64,000 nt of DNA from Iphione sp. A-MEVVRFRX5 (Eukaryota): the NCBI GenBank assembly GCA_976226885.1, contig OZ320318.1, positions 86,056,001 to 86,120,000 on the forward strand. Reading direction: 5' to 3'. The stretch's first letter is position 1; each line of letters opens with the position of its first letter. Shown here one piece after another: positions 60,971 through 64,000 of the stretch. Position numbers and translations under genes: made by a program. The notes under the pieces are model-generated. The model was not told where the DNA came from. It made no database searches and saw only the letters and a program-made list of their open reading frames with translations.

Positions 60971-62826
60971 TTAAATAAACACAACAGAAGGTACTGCTTG
61001 GGACCCTCAGAGTTAAGTGCTGTGATGTTGTCCAAGCCTGTCTTGTACTGGCTACGGTACTGACGGCCAAAGTACCCGGTCAACATGATTTGGTAATTCT
61101 AGATCATATCAGAATAACTTTCGTGACACATTTTCCTATATTCTTATTGGTCGGTTTGCTTTCATTCCGTAACCTCATTATGCTAGGATGTTTTTTTTCT
61201 GGTTATAGTCAGTTTCTCCAATGAAGCCTTAACTCCATGTCAGTTATTTGTTTTGGAATAAACTTTCCAGAAATATAATGTATAAAAGTTCTTCATTTTC
61301 TAACAATGAATCACAAAGCATGTGAGAAGCGGCCAAGTAACAGAATCATTTGTTCCACGCACAAATAAACGAGACAGTGCTGGTATGACAGGAGAAAACC
61401 CATACAGCAGAAAATGCTACTAAGGCAAATACCCTTTAACATGCTTTGAATCTTAACACATTAATGTGTTGATACCGAATATGAGCTGTAACATGCTGGG
61501 ACGGGGTGCTAAGCAGATGCATGTCTTCAAATAATATCACATTAATGATTCAGATAATATGAAAGCAAGTGATGTAAGGATCAGAAGAGTGTATTGCATA
61601 CGTATCTAGCATTATTCAATTCCAAGATTTATGCAAAACTATTATGAAATATAAAACAACAACAGCCCAAGAAGTAGGGTCAGTCAGTGACTGGAAACAG
61701 AGATATTTTTAATAGGCCTGATGTAATAGACCTGAGAATATATTGTTGGATTCGTCCATTTCAGAAATGAAAAAAACTTCCACACGAGGTAACTTGAATG
61801 CTGTATTTATTCCAAGAGCAACATGAATCAATGACAGTACAGCAGCACCTGATGAATCCATCTGCGAAACTCTCTTATATAGAACAAAGAACCCCTCTGC
61901 AACCCCTCTGCCCTCCATAATCCCTCTGCCAAATCCCCACTCCGACTTTGTCCCTCCGCCCCTCCTTAATCTGCGTACCTCCCCCGCTAACAATATAGAC
62001 AATCTTGAAGATGATAGTTGTAAGGTGTTATACAGCTGGGTTTCCATGTGTGTGTGCAGGCATGTGGGTGTGCTTGTAAGGGTATTTTCACTATGACAAA
62101 GTTAATTTGATAACTGCTCTATACATGCTGAGAAGTGTGTTGTTGTCATGTCTTGGGTTTACAAATCTGTTCTTAATGACAGTTCCCCCAAAACACACTG
62201 AAAACACATGACGAAAACATGGCAAAATAGAACGATTCCCATTGTGAAACATGGCAACATACTCATGAAAACATGCCACATCCCACACACTTACATGGAA
62301 ACATGCATGTATATTCATGAAAATCCCCCCCCCCCCAAAAAAAAAACATGCTGCAAACATGCTCACATGCTCCATGCCTACACACATGCATGGAAACCCA
62401 GCCTAAATTACACAATACACGTACACATAAACATGTATATGGTTTACCTACCTACCTCGCTTTGGTCATTGCAAAAGCATTGCAGTGCATAGAGCAAGGT
62501 GTTACAAACTACCATCCCACTACCCTGGCTACCTCTAACTATCGACATCCGTGTGATATTTAGGTTTGCAGAACACGTTTACGTAGGACTGGCTTCTGTT
62601 TGCCTCAACCCAGCGAGAAGCTGACCCTGATCTGTTGTTTTCTCAACAGTTTTCAAATACCATATTAGCACCAGTTGACCATAATTACAATGAAAATGGT
62701 TTATTTAGGGCCAAACTATTCCGGCAGCCATAGATTACAGAGACGTTTCTTTGGTTTTCAGTTAAACTGACCCTTGACCCTTTGACCTACCTACTAATAT
62801 GTCTATAACCCCAGACTCTACTGTAA

Positions 62827-63179
62827 GGCCCAAAAAAATAATAGGTGTGTTTCTGGTAACCCACTCCTACCTAGTAAAACCTCACCCTACCTAAACATTT
62901 TTTGGTCCCAAAGAGTTTCTAAGGCTGAATTTCCTTAGATACGGGTTTTCACAGCACATATTTTTGGTAAATTTAATAGAAAAACAACAAAATCCATCGA
63001 AATTCACCACAAAACTATAAACTCATACAGATTATTCAGAATTCTTCTTATTGTCTTTATATTATTGAAATCCAGAGGAAGAAAGTGAGAAAAAATTGTA
63101 AAAAAAGAAAAAAAGATACCCCCCTCCCTACCTAGGTTTTTGGCTGGTCATGACCAGAAACACACCTATTTTTTTGGCC
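62827..63179. mobile_element. Family A PIF/Harbinger-like MITE, complete copy
   Basis: TAA|GGCCCAAAAAAATAATAGGTGTGTTTCTGGT ... ACCAGAAACACACCTATTTTTTTGGCC|TAA: identical TAA TSD and long TIRs. Confidence 0.9.
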
Positions 63180-64000
63180 TAAAGATATCTAATTTTAATT
63201 GCTGAGCTAGAGATGCTAGACTTATTGTATGATTTTCAAAGCATCAGAGAATGTATTTGGCCAATGTGGTATGACGTATACATTATACATGCTTACACTG
63301 AGGTAATATACAATTTACAGAAAATGCTTCAAATATAGACATCCTTGATAAACCTCCTAGGATTTCCTTTATTGTGTTCGAAACGATCTCACTCTCATGG
63401 TTCCCTGTGTAAACTGGCAACAGCGCAATACTGGGTGGAATCTCGTGTGGATTTTGTAATTTATACATATACAATGTAGGTTACATGGACGTCATTCTGA
63501 ATTTTGGCCATTTCATCTTTAGAAATTTTTTCGCGGAAAATTCCCAGCCCTTCCTCACAGTCACAAACGCTGATCACCGATGCCCACCCACAAGGAGGCA
63601 AGAACTACCATTTTATTTGTACCGAATAAAACATTATCGTAATACATCTTCACAGACATCCCATAAAGTTTACACACGATCAAATTTTTTTGTTGCCTTT
63701 GCAATAGTTAGGCTATAGATGAGCGATAGGCACTGAAGAGACTACTTGGCGGTGCCAGAGGAGGAGGGGGGTGGTGGAGTGACGCCCATTGATCCCCAGC
63801 AAATCTTTCTCATTAGAGAAGGTGCTAATCGCCAAAAGGATCCAATGTACTGAAGTGGAGCCAACTAAGACCGTGTGTGTCATCAAGCAATGGAGATAGC
63901 CATGGAATAATAACATCAGCAGGAGCAGGAGCGCCTCCGCTGTAGGACTACCCCATCGAGCTGCTCTGGCGCGAGTTGCTCGGAGGATTTGCAACAGGCT

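Noticed and set aside
63713-63994. Hydrophobic minus-strand ORF as a membrane-protein exon
   Set aside because: Truncated by the window edge, no usable splice sites, and the other frames look similarly coding-like.

Overview
Animal (probably invertebrate) genomic DNA, AT-rich and mostly intronic or intergenic, with a 195-N gap at 22467-22661. The only long ORF is a CR1/L2-type non-LTR retrotransposon ORF2 (16872-19733: APE-like endonuclease plus RT). It is uninterrupted, seems to lack the N-terminal endonuclease ETW motif, and is followed by a 3' stem-loop, AATAAA and poly(A). A spliced + strand gene for an unidentified Pro/Ser/Thr-rich protein is supported by three phase-compatible exons (46935-47126, 49221-50079, 50570-50816). 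Three small upstream exons (22982, 28945, 32675) also join in frame but are less certain. The rest is a dense set of non-autonomous DNA transposons (Harbinger-, Tc1/mariner-, piggyBac- and hAT-like), tandem repeats and microsatellites. The most unusual structures are a mariner-like MITE carrying a CpG-rich 231-bp higher-order repeat, a 245-bp hairpin-ended insert with a 10-bp TSD, a ~140-bp repeat carrying perfect U1-complementary splice donors, and back-to-back CRE/E-box palindromes at 34061-34089. No rRNA, tRNA or CRISPR array is supported. All analysis was by eye, with no database searches.
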